Of a stretch of DNA of 64,000 nt, positions 47,037-56,749 are shown one piece after another. The translations under genes were made by a program, and so were the position numbers. Below the pieces are notes generated by a model, which saw only the letters and a list, made by a program, of their open reading frames with translations, searched no databases and was not told the origin of the DNA. The stretch is taken from positions 7,347 through 71,346 of the forward strand of contig JBDKKW010000002.1 in assembly GCA_039795895.1 (NCBI GenBank). Reading direction: 5' to 3'. Position 1 is the stretch's first letter. Each line of letters opens with the position of its first letter. The DNA is from Candidatus Parcubacteria bacterium. Its GTDB lineage: Bacteria > Patescibacteriota > Minisyncoccia > Phycocordibacterales > JBAYGS01.

Positions 47037-47657
47037 ATGGCAATCAAAAGTCCTGGAAAGACACAAAAACCCCGTCATGGGTGTTGTCTTTCCAGGCCGT
47101 ATTGGGAAACTGGTACGCTCGGCGAAAGCCGAGGCCCCGTGGCGGGATTTTTGTGTACCTCACGGGTTTATCCATTAAAGATAAACCTCATGCAAGAACG
47201 CATTTTAAAAAAGGAGGACAAGCTCGTTTATTGGGCAGGCATCTTAAATCCTAAAAAAGGAAGTCTCGTATTAACGAATAATCGGCTTTATTTCACAGTA
47301 GATAACAAGGAGCTATTCTCTATTCTACTTAGCAATGTTTTGAGTGTGAATTGTCAAAAAGGAATTGGCACCAGTAATGAAAATATGTTCGTGATCTACA
47401 AAGATGGCGACAAAGAAAAGAAGGTCAAAATACAGCACAGTTCACTCATGTCTCTTGCCACTGTTGGTAATCTATCTCGAATTAGTGCTTCCTATTTCTC
47501 CTCATGGGAGCAGGCTATCAACTCAGCACGCTCAGGCAATCAGGACAACGAAAAAGGCTCGATAGATGATTTAGAGAGACTCTCAGAACTTAAAAAGAAA
47601 GGTATTTTAACTGAGGAAGAATTTTCTGCAAAAAAGAAGCAGATACTTGGCATATAA
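47037..47657 (+). CDS. SHOCT-domain protein with N-terminal PH/GRAM-like domain
   Basis: C-terminal LSELKKKGILTEEEFSAKKKQILGI matches the SHOCT motif. The likely true start is MQERIL at about 47190, since the upstream part of the ORF is a structured leader. Confidence 0.6.
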   Translation: MAIKSPGKTQKPRHGCCLSRPYWETGTLGESRGPVAGFLCTSRVYPLKINLMQERILKKEDKLVYWAGILNPKKGSLVLTNNRLYFTVDNKELFSILLSNVLSVNCQKGIGTSNENMFVIYKDGDKEKKVKIQHSSLMSLATVGNLSRISASYFSSWEQAINSARSGNQDNEKGSIDDLERLSELKKKGILTEEEFSAKKKQILGI

Positions 47658-47659
47658 AT

Positions 47660-48133
47660 ATGAAAAAGATTTATACATTCTTTCTGGCAATCCCCTTATT
47701 TCTCTCCACAACCCCCACCTTCGCCTCCACGCACTGTCTCTCCAACCAAGCACTGCCTGATCACACCTGTACCCCAGGAGCAATACTCACCACAGACGCT
47801 CTTATCGTCTGTGTCTCTGGCTACACTAAAACCGTCCGTAACGTTTCTACGGCAGTCAAAAAGATGGTATTCAAGGAATATGCTATTCCGTGGTCACTAC
47901 ATAGTAACTACGAAGTAGATCACTTGATTAGTCTTGAGCTGGGCGGAAGCAATGATGTTAGCAACCTATGGCCTGAATCGTACCTAATCAAGGATGGATC
48001 GCGTACCAAGGATACCTTTGAGAACTACCTCCATAGACAGGTGTGTGGAGGCAAATTGAGCCTTGTGGAGGCCCAGAAGGAGATCAAGGGAGGTTGGAGA
48101 GAGTATTATCGGGAGTGGAAGCACTTGAATTAG
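47660..48133 (+). CDS. Secreted HNH-family endonuclease
   Basis: Signal peptide followed by EVDHLISLELGGSNDVSNLWPE (HNH motif). Confidence 0.6.
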   Translation: MKKIYTFFLAIPLFLSTTPTFASTHCLSNQALPDHTCTPGAILTTDALIVCVSGYTKTVRNVSTAVKKMVFKEYAIPWSLHSNYEVDHLISLELGGSNDVSNLWPESYLIKDGSRTKDTFENYLHRQVCGGKLSLVEAQKEIKGGWREYYREWKHLN

Positions 48134-48807
48134 TTACAAGGATTTTTCTGTGTAAATTGCTTAACCAGAACTGAAAAATTACTCCACAGACTCGGATCAA
48201 CTTCTTGATCTCTCTTGATTAAACTCTGGATGTCTTTATTTTCCCATGTCTTTTGTATTTGATAACCAAAATCAGCGTTTATCATACTACACTCAACAAT
48301 ACCCTCCCGATAAAAGTTTCCCATTTCCTCAAAAACACCCAAATAATTTTCTACCTGACCCTTAGAAAATCCTGGGGCACCAGTCCGATTAAGAATTTTT
48401 GTACTTGGATCCGCCGAATCTAATTTATCTGAAATAGCTGAATAGGTTGGTTGGTTAAGCTGGGTATCAAAATTAAGCACAATATCGGAGGAATCCTTGA
48501 GATGATTCTCGTGTAGTTGATCCTTGGAAATCCAAACTGTCGCAAAACCAACAATTAATGCGATCATTACTCCTGCAATACTTATCCTATTGAGAGCCGT
48601 GGCCAATTTTCCAGCAGCATCACCACTCTCTTTTGCTTGTGCAGTAACAGCATCAAGAATCTTCTTGATCTCAACCATTGCGTTTTTTAATTCAAGTACT
48701 GACTTCGCAATGAGAACCGACTCGGATTTCTGAGCCCGAGTATCTCCACCTTCACTTACATACTCCGCCAATTGTTCAATGCTTTTACTAAAAAGATTTT
48801 CTGGCAT
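48130..48807 (-). CDS. Hypothetical membrane protein
   Basis: 225 aa with one transmembrane segment. Confidence 0.45.
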   Translation of the reverse strand: MPENLFSKSIEQLAEYVSEGGDTRAQKSESVLIAKSVLELKNAMVEIKKILDAVTAQAKESGDAAGKLATALNRISIAGVMIALIVGFATVWISKDQLHENHLKDSSDIVLNFDTQLNQPTYSAISDKLDSADPSTKILNRTGAPGFSKGQVENYLGVFEEMGNFYREGIVECSMINADFGYQIQKTWENKDIQSLIKRDQEVDPSLWSNFSVLVKQFTQKNPCN

Positions 48808-48982
48808 AAATATACTGGGTGAGTAAGGACTTGAATGAGACGTTGAAGATAAGTCATCATTTTATCATACCCCGCTCAGTTTCAGTTTCTTGCAAAAAGT
48901 GATTTGTGTCAAATTGCATCATCTAAATAAAAGCCTTAAGGACTTCTTGAGTACCCTAAATTTATTATGTAAATCAGCTATA

Positions 48983-49969
48983 TTAGTTGATCTTAAAATT
49001 AAATGGGTAAGGGATGTATTCTTTTACAAATTTCTCAAGTGACTTCATTTCCAAAGGCGAGAAGATAAAATTGAATGAATTGTGTGTTAAGTTATAATTA
49101 AAAATATCCACCATCTGTCTTGTGGAAGACGTGATCCTTTCCTCACACTCCTTTCGTCGATTTAGAGTTACCCCGAGATTTTTTGTTAAAGAAAAGAAAA
49201 CTTCTGTATGAGGGCTCAACAAACTTTTGGGGCTATTATAAAAATCAACCTTTTCCTTGGGTACAAAATAAACTACTGGATTATCGGAAGTTACAAAATA
49301 CCTAGAATCTGACTTTAAAATAGTGAGGTTCATCCTGCGTAATATTTCAGCAATGGGCTCAAGTTCCGTAAGGGCAGTTTTTAAAAAATACCCGTTTGGA
49401 TATTTTAGGTTATATCTTTTTTCAACGATATTCTTTTTTATCTTTTCGGCCTGTTCAAGAGATATCTCCTCCCCTGCCTCTTTTTTTGCCAAGCCAACAA
49501 TTTCTCCCGCAGACATTAGTTCAAATCTTTTGCTTGTATGATGCTTGGAAAGATTCGAGTCAATATCTTCAATTTGTGATTTAAAATGAGGAGTTCGTAC
49601 AAGCATGGCGGCCATAAACAAACACAATTCGTCCTTGATGTCTTCAGTAATCCTTGTATTTATAGCCAATGATTCAACCTTTCCAACCAGGGTGTTATAC
49701 GTATCTTCTCCACAATCTTTAAAAATATCTTCGACATCATCACTACTGAAACCTTCCATACCCGGATCATATAGATTATTCTCCAAACCTATGTTTTTTA
49801 AGCCTTCTTCACCGTTAATTAATAAAATTCGCTTTTCGAATGGAGAATTCTCTTTTAAAAACTTTTCACCCTTCTTGTACATAAAAAGATTACTCTCAAG
49901 TAAAAAATGTCTGAGATATGTTTGAGGAATATAATGATTTCGAATGGTTCTTTTCTTAATTTTAGACAT
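48983..49969 (-). CDS. DUF4238 family protein
   Basis: N-terminal HYIPQTYLRHF matches the DUF4238 signature (HYVPQFYLxxF); lies in an AT-rich segment. Confidence 0.6.
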   Translation of the reverse strand: MSKIKKRTIRNHYIPQTYLRHFLLESNLFMYKKGEKFLKENSPFEKRILLINGEEGLKNIGLENNLYDPGMEGFSSDDVEDIFKDCGEDTYNTLVGKVESLAINTRITEDIKDELCLFMAAMLVRTPHFKSQIEDIDSNLSKHHTSKRFELMSAGEIVGLAKKEAGEEISLEQAEKIKKNIVEKRYNLKYPNGYFLKTALTELEPIAEILRRMNLTILKSDSRYFVTSDNPVVYFVPKEKVDFYNSPKSLLSPHTEVFFSLTKNLGVTLNRRKECEERITSSTRQMVDIFNYNLTHNSFNFIFSPLEMKSLEKFVKEYIPYPFNFKIN

Positions 49970-50628
49970 AAATACAGTCTCTAACGTAGAAAAATCAATC
50001 GTACAACAATTCTTTTTAAAAAGACAGTTTTAGTGGATAGAGTTGCTATCCACAGGAAAATAAAGTAATATCTCGGACTCGAGATATAATAGAAAAACCA
50101 GCAGATCGTGCTTAAACAATAAGCTGGTTTTCCCTTTAGAAAAGGCTCAGGCTATGCTTGAGCTTTTTCGCTACCAATTTTCTTCCAAATTGGGAAACAT
50201 TTGGCCGACTTAGGTCGGATCACTTTGCCACTTTTCAATTTCTTGAAAGGTATGCAGGCGACCATGACGTAGCCCGCTCGAGTCTGTGTATTCACTGGAC
50301 TTTGTCCCTTTGATTTCAAGTAGCTTCTGCCAACCAAACATCGACCGGTATGGTTGCGACTATTATCCTACCCGACCTGCACAGGAACCAGCGCAGGCTT
50401 AGTGTGATAACACCACTTCAATCTCAAAAAGAAAAAGAACCCACTCCACAGGCCGATAAGATTTCTTATCAGCTGTGGATTAGGTTCTTTTCTTAAAAGG
50501 ACTTCTCTTTTAGCTAATAATGACTCCTGCCGGACTGTGCGTTCCATGTGGATTTTCCACTAGGAACACCTTGATTTTCTCTCGTTCTAGTAATAAAGTC
50601 AAGTGAAACAAAATGTATCTGAGGAAAC

Positions 50629-51240
50629 CTACCATCTCGATCCAAACTGACCACCTGCCACCGAGACCTTCCTACACAGCGCATCGTACCGCATCGCCCG
50701 CTTCGTTGGCTTTCCGGCATACTCCTGCCATCGAATCTCCATTGCAACATCTTCGAATTCCATGATCCTTTTAAACAAGGGCACAATACCGCGATAATTC
50801 ATCTTCTGAGACAAGTAGCATAGACCAAGACACGTCCTACATCTGAAATTATCACCATCCTGATACAGAATGCCTACTCGATGGTCACAAGATTGGCAAG
50901 CAAACCACTCACGCACACCCCCGTAGTGGCATTTGGTGGTCACGAGAGCAAATACATCACAGCTATTCTTGGGCCCGCGATTTATGAGCTTAAAATACCA
51001 ATCAAGCACGGCTGGATCCTTGACGAGCTTAAAACGGAGACCTTTATGATAAAAGCCTATCCGAGCAGTATAACCCGTTCTATCCAGAAATCCCTTCTTT
51101 TTGAACTCGGAGATATTGAGGGAAAGTCTCCCCTCCACCGTTCTGCGACCACCTCGAGGAACTGGTGCTAATCTTCGTGGTTCTATAGGGCCGAAATCAT
51201 TAAGGATTTCCTCTTCTTGATTTTCCATACATATTCTCAA
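50629..51240 (-). CDS. Hypothetical protein with zinc-ribbon Cys cluster
   Basis: CQSCDHRVGILYQDGDNFRCRTCLGLCY; likely start MENQ at about 51225. Confidence 0.45.
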   Translation of the reverse strand: MRICMENQEEEILNDFGPIEPRRLAPVPRGGRRTVEGRLSLNISEFKKKGFLDRTGYTARIGFYHKGLRFKLVKDPAVLDWYFKLINRGPKNSCDVFALVTTKCHYGGVREWFACQSCDHRVGILYQDGDNFRCRTCLGLCYLSQKMNYRGIVPLFKRIMEFEDVAMEIRWQEYAGKPTKRAMRYDALCRKVSVAGGQFGSRW

Positions 51241-51370
51241 TTAACCCCTAAATTAGGCCTATTTATCAAGCTTTTTTGAATGAGTCCTACTTCGCTTCGT
51301 AATAGGCTCCCGAAGTCAATTTTACACCATTTCTTTACATTCATTTGCTATGCAACAAAAGGCCTCACAT

Positions 51371-51390
51371 GGGCTGATTTTGACCCTTTT
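51371..51390. promoter_or_regulatory. Conserved 20-bp motif gggctgattttgaccctttt upstream of a minus-strand gene (second copy at 54531-54550)
   Basis: Exact 20-bp repeat with 4-5 further matching flank bases, in the 5' regions of genes 50629-51240 and 53955-54509. Confidence 0.5.
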
Positions 51391-51416
51391 AAACCTATCC
51401 TAAAACCCAACAAGGA

Positions 51417-51806
51417 CTACTCTTTCGGCAACTCTGGAAAGGTATTCTGATCCGGTTCAAATCCAGCTTCGACATCCAAAGCTTCGGTATCTACTCCTGA
51501 AGCCTCCAAAGAAGCTCGCATTCTGGTTCTCTCGGCACTCAGTGCAGTGAATTCTGCTTCAGTGAGCCAGCCTTGAGCCTTTGATGCAGTGCTGAGGGTT
51601 CGATTCTTTGCGGCCTCACTGAAAGCTCGAGTTGACTCAAGCCACTTTTTGCCAAGCCCGACATACGTCTTCTTAACACTCTCGAGTTGCTCTGGTGCAA
51701 TCGGCAAAACTGGAGGTTCTATAGTGTCATTAGCCTCTCCCATCTCCTGAGGAGGTAGTTCTGGCGCAGATGGTTCACCACCGAATTCAAATCCAAATAC
51801 TTTCAT
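51417..51806 (-). CDS. Hypothetical protein
   Basis: 129-aa acidic protein. Confidence 0.45.
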   Translation of the reverse strand: MKVFGFEFGGEPSAPELPPQEMGEANDTIEPPVLPIAPEQLESVKKTYVGLGKKWLESTRAFSEAAKNRTLSTASKAQGWLTEAEFTALSAERTRMRASLEASGVDTEALDVEAGFEPDQNTFPELPKE

Positions 51807-51924
51807 GGGGTTGGTATAGCTTTAACAATAAGGAATATTGTACACCCCGCAAGAGGGCGGAGCAAACACAGACCTGCACGCCAAACTGGACAACCTCCGG
51901 CATATTTCGTGCTACACTATTTTC

Positions 51925-52158
51925 ATGAAAAAAGTATCGATTGAAATATTCGGCTGGTACGGAACATGTGCGATCGTCCTTGCCTATATTTTGAGTAGCT
52001 TCTCGGTGCTCTCCCCAACTTCTCTTACCTATCAAATCTTCAACGTGACTGGCGCACTGGGCATTGTAACAATCTCACTTCACAAGAAAGCATATCAACC
52101 AGCGATCCTGAATATCATTTGGTGCACCATTGCACTCGTTGCGATTGTTCGAATGTAA
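51925..52158 (+). CDS. Small three-helix membrane protein
   Basis: About 77 aa from MKKVSIEIFGWYGTCAIVLAYIL. Confidence 0.4.
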   Translation: MKKVSIEIFGWYGTCAIVLAYILSSFSVLSPTSLTYQIFNVTGALGIVTISLHKKAYQPAILNIIWCTIALVAIVRM

Positions 52159-52219
52159 GCTAGGCGCCTGTAAATTAAAATCGGAGACCCTTACCGAGTC
52201 TCCGATTGAGTTCTTATAA

Positions 52220-52729
52220 CTACCGCCCCGGGATCCTGACCCTAAGACTCAAGGTCTCGCCACAACCAGCGTTCTCACCGTAATGTGGGTCATCGAATTC
52301 TACGAAGCCCATTGATTTGAAGTGCTCAATGATTCGCTTGGACTTAGGACGCCCAAGCGTGACACTTTCAGCAAGATACACATACTGCTTGGGCGCGGAG
52401 CAAGACAGATGTTCGAGAAACAGTCTCATGGCTTCTTCGCCATAACGCTTTCCTCTCCTGCTCGGCACGATGCCGTAGTAACGAAGACGAAGCACATCTG
52501 TAAATTCGCCGTATTCAAACCATCCAATGATACCAATCGGCATATCATCTTCATCGATCGAAAAAATCTCACCGAGAGACTCGCCTTCATACTCCTTCAC
52601 GCCCCATTGTTCGTAGCTTTCTCGAGCCTGATGTTGAAGCGCGGTAACTTCCCAGATTTTGTTTAGTTCAGGATGACGATCAAAAAGTGTCTGATTCTCT
52701 GGTAGTAACAGTTTTTTAATTGTGACCAT
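52220..52729 (-). CDS. GNAT family N-acetyltransferase
   Basis: GNAT motif A: VPSRRGKRYGEEAM. Confidence 0.78.
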   Translation of the reverse strand: MVTIKKLLLPENQTLFDRHPELNKIWEVTALQHQARESYEQWGVKEYEGESLGEIFSIDEDDMPIGIIGWFEYGEFTDVLRLRYYGIVPSRRGKRYGEEAMRLFLEHLSCSAPKQYVYLAESVTLGRPKSKRIIEHFKSMGFVEFDDPHYGENAGCGETLSLRVRIPGR

Positions 52730-52742
52730 AAGGTACTCCTTT

Positions 52743-53951
52743 CTAGTGTGAAATTACCATAATTTCATGAGTGTGCCTAGCCTTGTACCAAAAACACCCG
52801 ACTGCGGTTACCAGAGTTATCGTCCCTAAAGTGAGAAAGGTGCTATACGTGCCACCAATATCAGCGAGGAGACCTATGGTAATTGGCCCAACAATTGCTC
52901 CAATCTGTTCTGCACCAGCCATCAATCCCCCAACCTTTCCATAATTATCAGCACGCGAAGCTTTGGTCACAAGGGCCTGTAATGCAAGTGTCAAACAAAC
53001 AGTAAGGGTTCCCAAAATAAAGATACCGATAATCTGAAAAAGATACGTCTGAGCAAGCGACATTACTCCCAAGAGAACTGCGGTCACCAAAAGACTCACT
53101 GACACAAAAGTCCACTTCGATACCTTGTCGATATATGTTCCAAACCAAAATGCGAGAGTTGATGGAATAGCATAAATGACGGTGATGATGACGACATGAC
53201 TGAGATCATTTGATTTGGTATACACAAAAAGTGGTAAGAAAAAAGTACCTAGTGGATCGACGCAAGCGACAAAAAATGTGAGAAAAGTCAGTGTCCATAT
53301 TTCAGTTTTCCATTCGCGCATTCCACTGATTATTTTTAGCGGATTGAAAAAATATGTTGATGTCTTATTTTTTCTAATAGGCACCTCATCTTGTGGGGCT
53401 CGTGACATTACGAAGTACGCAATGATGGCCGTCACAGATATACCAAGGAAAAGCCAGTAGATGGGGATGCGGGTAAGAAATGGAATACTCACAAGTGCAG
53501 CAATCATCCACGTGAGATTTGGCAGTGAATGAAGGTATCCAAACGTTTTTGAAAGATGATACTCCGACGCAAAACGTCTGAGATAGGTATCACCACCGAT
53601 ACTGTCACAGCACCATACAACACCATTGATTGCTCGGGCTAATACTATGAAAAATGTCATTCCAAGCAAACCTGCTAGAAAATAACTGATACCAATGAGC
53701 GGATACAGAGCTAATGCAAAAAGAATAAGTTTCTTTGCGGGGATGCGATCACCGAGCATACTGACAAATGGCAATGCGAGTAGGAAGACGATGTCGTAAA
53801 TCGACCGAAGAAGTCCCGCTTCCGTATAGTTGTGTAATAAAGAAAAAAGAAGAACAGGAATCAGTGTCTCGCATAAGCCCCAGCCAAACCAACGGATACT
53901 GCGAGCGAGTGTAATCGTTTTGATACTTTTGGGAATGTGTGCTTGATCCAT
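52743..53951 (-). CDS. MFS transporter
   Basis: 402 aa with about 12 transmembrane segments and MFS-like loops. Confidence 0.75.
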   Translation of the reverse strand: MDQAHIPKSIKTITLARSIRWFGWGLCETLIPVLLFSLLHNYTEAGLLRSIYDIVFLLALPFVSMLGDRIPAKKLILFALALYPLIGISYFLAGLLGMTFFIVLARAINGVVWCCDSIGGDTYLRRFASEYHLSKTFGYLHSLPNLTWMIAALVSIPFLTRIPIYWLFLGISVTAIIAYFVMSRAPQDEVPIRKNKTSTYFFNPLKIISGMREWKTEIWTLTFLTFFVACVDPLGTFFLPLFVYTKSNDLSHVVIITVIYAIPSTLAFWFGTYIDKVSKWTFVSVSLLVTAVLLGVMSLAQTYLFQIIGIFILGTLTVCLTLALQALVTKASRADNYGKVGGLMAGAEQIGAIVGPITIGLLADIGGTYSTFLTLGTITLVTAVGCFWYKARHTHEIMVISH

Positions 53952-53954
53952 ATC

Positions 53955-54509
53955 TTAAAATGAATGATTGGTCATGCACAGTTCTCGAAGAATCTTTAAA
54001 GCTGCCTCTCGGTACGCTTCATTTTGACTTGAAGCTGTGCACTCTTCGAGAACGTAGGTAAAAAAGCCGAGGTCGAAAGATTCTTGTGCTGTAGCAAACA
54101 CACAATCATTTGTATCAATGCCAACGATGTGAACCTCCTCAATGTTGTTATCTTTCAAAATTTTAAACAAATCCTTTTCTCCTTTAAAGGCAGATTTTGT
54201 TTTCTTGGTTACGAGTACCGCCCTTTCATTAAGAAGCTGTTTAATATCGTGAGTAGTCGGCACCAACGGAAATGTCCAATGTGTCTGCCTGTCCCACAAG
54301 GAGCCTTTTTCTGCCGAAAATATAGTCTCAACAATGAGATCATAGCCTCCTTTTTCGATAACCTCTTTGATATTTGGAACAATCCATCGGCTTGTATCAT
54401 TCAAAAATCCTTCTTGTAAGTCGACAAGGATGAGAGATCTTCTCTTTTCTGGATGTGGGGTGACGATACTAGACATACCCAAAGTATACCAAAGATACGT
54501 GTGACACAA
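53955..54509 (-). CDS. Isochorismatase-family cysteine hydrolase
   Basis: LILVDLQEGF ... VHIVGIDTNDCVFATA pattern. Confidence 0.72.
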   Translation of the reverse strand: MCHTYLWYTLGMSSIVTPHPEKRRSLILVDLQEGFLNDTSRWIVPNIKEVIEKGGYDLIVETIFSAEKGSLWDRQTHWTFPLVPTTHDIKQLLNERAVLVTKKTKSAFKGEKDLFKILKDNNIEEVHIVGIDTNDCVFATAQESFDLGFFTYVLEECTASSQNEAYREAALKILRELCMTNHSF

Positions 54510-55013
54510 CTAACCTAAACAACCCCATCTGGGCTGATTTTGACCCTTTTGAGCACGTGTTTAGATCAAGATATGCCCAAGGAAATACCTGGGATGCTAC
54601 TGATTCTTGAGTTCAAAGCATACGTTCTGACCTCGTGAATCATTCGGAGCAACCCACATAAAACAGTGTCCTTTGGGGACGCTGTTTTTTGCTGATGTTG
54701 CTCCGCGGAGCAAGCCGACTAATCGGCTTGCGTCTTGGGATCGAACAGTGGAGCAATGTTTTCTACCAAGAAAAACGGGCGAGCTGATACCCAGACTTTG
54801 CTGAGTGACGACGAAGCAAAAGTCACGGGCGATACCAATAAAACATGGAGCACTATTTTAGTCCATGCTTCCCAACGAATTTTTAGAGGCAGTAGAACAG
54901 GTCACTTAATAATGTACGTAAATTAATAAACCTCACGTCACCATTGATAGACCTCTGGCGTTGTGCTACCGTTAAAACAGTAGTTCTTTAAACCGCATGG
55001 AGAAGTAATACCC

Positions 55014-55826
55014 GTGCACAATCCTGGAGAAAATATGCCAACTATTACGGACAGCCAAGTGGTGATTGATCAGATCAATGCAGATGGAATATTGTACCTA
55101 AAAAGCCGTCTGTCGTGGGAACCAGTAATACCCGATATCCGTCCCCGCAGTGACGACACTCCAGAGACAGCATTGATTGATGCATACCTGGAAAGCCGTA
55201 ATGATTTCAAAGAACGGTTGCGTACACTTATGCGAGAATTGCTCACAGAGCTGTGTCAAAGTAGGCATTCTGGTACCGAACCCTGGGCCGGACTTCTCTT
55301 TCCTCTCATCGCTGGAACACGGATGGAAGGAGTGGAAGACTTGCTCGTGGACCTGCTCGATCGAGAAATCTCACGCCTCCCAAGCAAAAATCGCTGGCTA
55401 CGCCGATTCCAAAAGCTTGCGCCTTGGCGTAAGTCTGACTGGTGGAGACTGCCTGGCCCATACAAGGACTCACTACTGTTGGAACTAACAGTAGCACTGC
55501 GGGCCGTAGAAAAAGTGCCCAAAGCCCGCTGGATTCCACTTCTCGAGGATCCCCATACAGCCGGGGCAGCGTTCGGAGCAATCACCGAGGCAGACACTAC
55601 AATAGGTCTAGTGCATTTCCACACCCTAATGGAGACAGCATTAAAGTGGCCCGAGGAAACTCCTTTGTGTATGTGTATTTGGTGCTTCATAAGCGCGTCG
55701 GGTCAACAAGGAAGAGGTGGCAATCCAGCCCTCGCACTCTTGGATCGGGCAGGTAGCGTAAAAGCCCGGACATTGGTAATGAAGGAGCTTCGGACAATAC
55801 CGTCAGCCGCCCATCTGATTCCCTAG
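55014..55826 (+). CDS. Hypothetical protein (moderately GC-rich)
   Basis: 270 aa; terminator at 55855-55890. Confidence 0.5.
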   Translation: MHNPGENMPTITDSQVVIDQINADGILYLKSRLSWEPVIPDIRPRSDDTPETALIDAYLESRNDFKERLRTLMRELLTELCQSRHSGTEPWAGLLFPLIAGTRMEGVEDLLVDLLDREISRLPSKNRWLRRFQKLAPWRKSDWWRLPGPYKDSLLLELTVALRAVEKVPKARWIPLLEDPHTAGAAFGAITEADTTIGLVHFHTLMETALKWPEETPLCMCIWCFISASGQQGRGGNPALALLDRAGSVKARTLVMKELRTIPSAAHLIP

Positions 55827-55854
55827 CCTTCTTAAAATTGACGGAAAGTAACAT

Positions 55855-55890
55855 CCCCGCCGTGCGCAAGCCGGCGGGGTCTTTATTTTA
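55855..55890 (+). terminator. Rho-independent terminator
   Basis: ccccgccgtgcgcaagccggcgggg followed by tctttatttt. Confidence 0.65.
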
Positions 55891-56012
55891 CAAAACACGT
55901 TCTGACGTCCTGGATTATTTAGAGCAGTTATTGACAGTATAATCAAACTGTGATAAATTATCTTCAGATATTAGTGGACCCTCAACAATCAGCAACGAAA
56001 GGAACCATACGT

Positions 56013-56195
56013 ATGAATCCCATTGTTCTTCACGCCATCAAGGTCATCCTCAGTCTTTTCACCCTTATTGGTGTCGCCAGCATCATTGTCGGTACCACCA
56101 ACTGGCTCCGCAAAGAGGGTGTTTTCGGAGGAGTCCCCCTTGGTTTGGCTGGACTCATAATCGGCCTTGGGGGGTTATTCCTGATCACTCGTTAG
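56013..56195 (+). CDS. Small membrane protein
   Basis: About 60 aa from MNPIVLHAIK, with two transmembrane helices. Confidence 0.4.
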   Translation: MNPIVLHAIKVILSLFTLIGVASIIVGTTNWLRKEGVFGGVPLGLAGLIIGLGGLFLITR

Positions 56196-56338
56196 TAGAC
56201 CCCACTGACTTAGAATGCCCGCTCAACAACCGCCTCTCGCAAGTGTCATCTTGTGGGGCGTTTTTTTATTACACAAAGCTCCAATAAGAAGTAGCTAAAT
56301 AAAAAAATACCACAGTTTGCACTGTAGTATTTGGGATA

Positions 56339-56581
56339 TTATCCCCTAAGCACTGCCCGCCAAAAGATAATCACGAGCGCAAGAACAGTGGCCAGGGCAC
56401 ATATCGTTGCCACAAAAGCAAAGATCTTCATCACAACAGACATCCATTTCTTGCGTAACTCCTCTGTCTTGCCACTCTTTTCCCACCGTATACCAAACAC
56501 CGCTGTGAGAATACCCGAAACCAAGGCGCCAATGAACCACCAATGAATATTACCGCTGACGAAGTTGACAAATGTGCTCAT
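56339..56581 (-). CDS. Small membrane protein
   Basis: 80 aa with two transmembrane helices. Confidence 0.45.
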   Translation of the reverse strand: MSTFVNFVSGNIHWWFIGALVSGILTAVFGIRWEKSGKTEELRKKWMSVVMKIFAFVATICALATVLALVIIFWRAVLRG

Positions 56582-56749
56582 TTTTTTCCTTTATTGCAGT
56601 TTTTTTTACCAAACATTTCCGTTTCAGATATTAATATTAAATATAATCTTTGTCAATGTTATCCACTGCACCCATCCTCACCCCTGCCACGTAAAACAAA
56701 TACACACCACCATTTGAAAGATCACTCAAAAAGGTAGATACTACACTCA

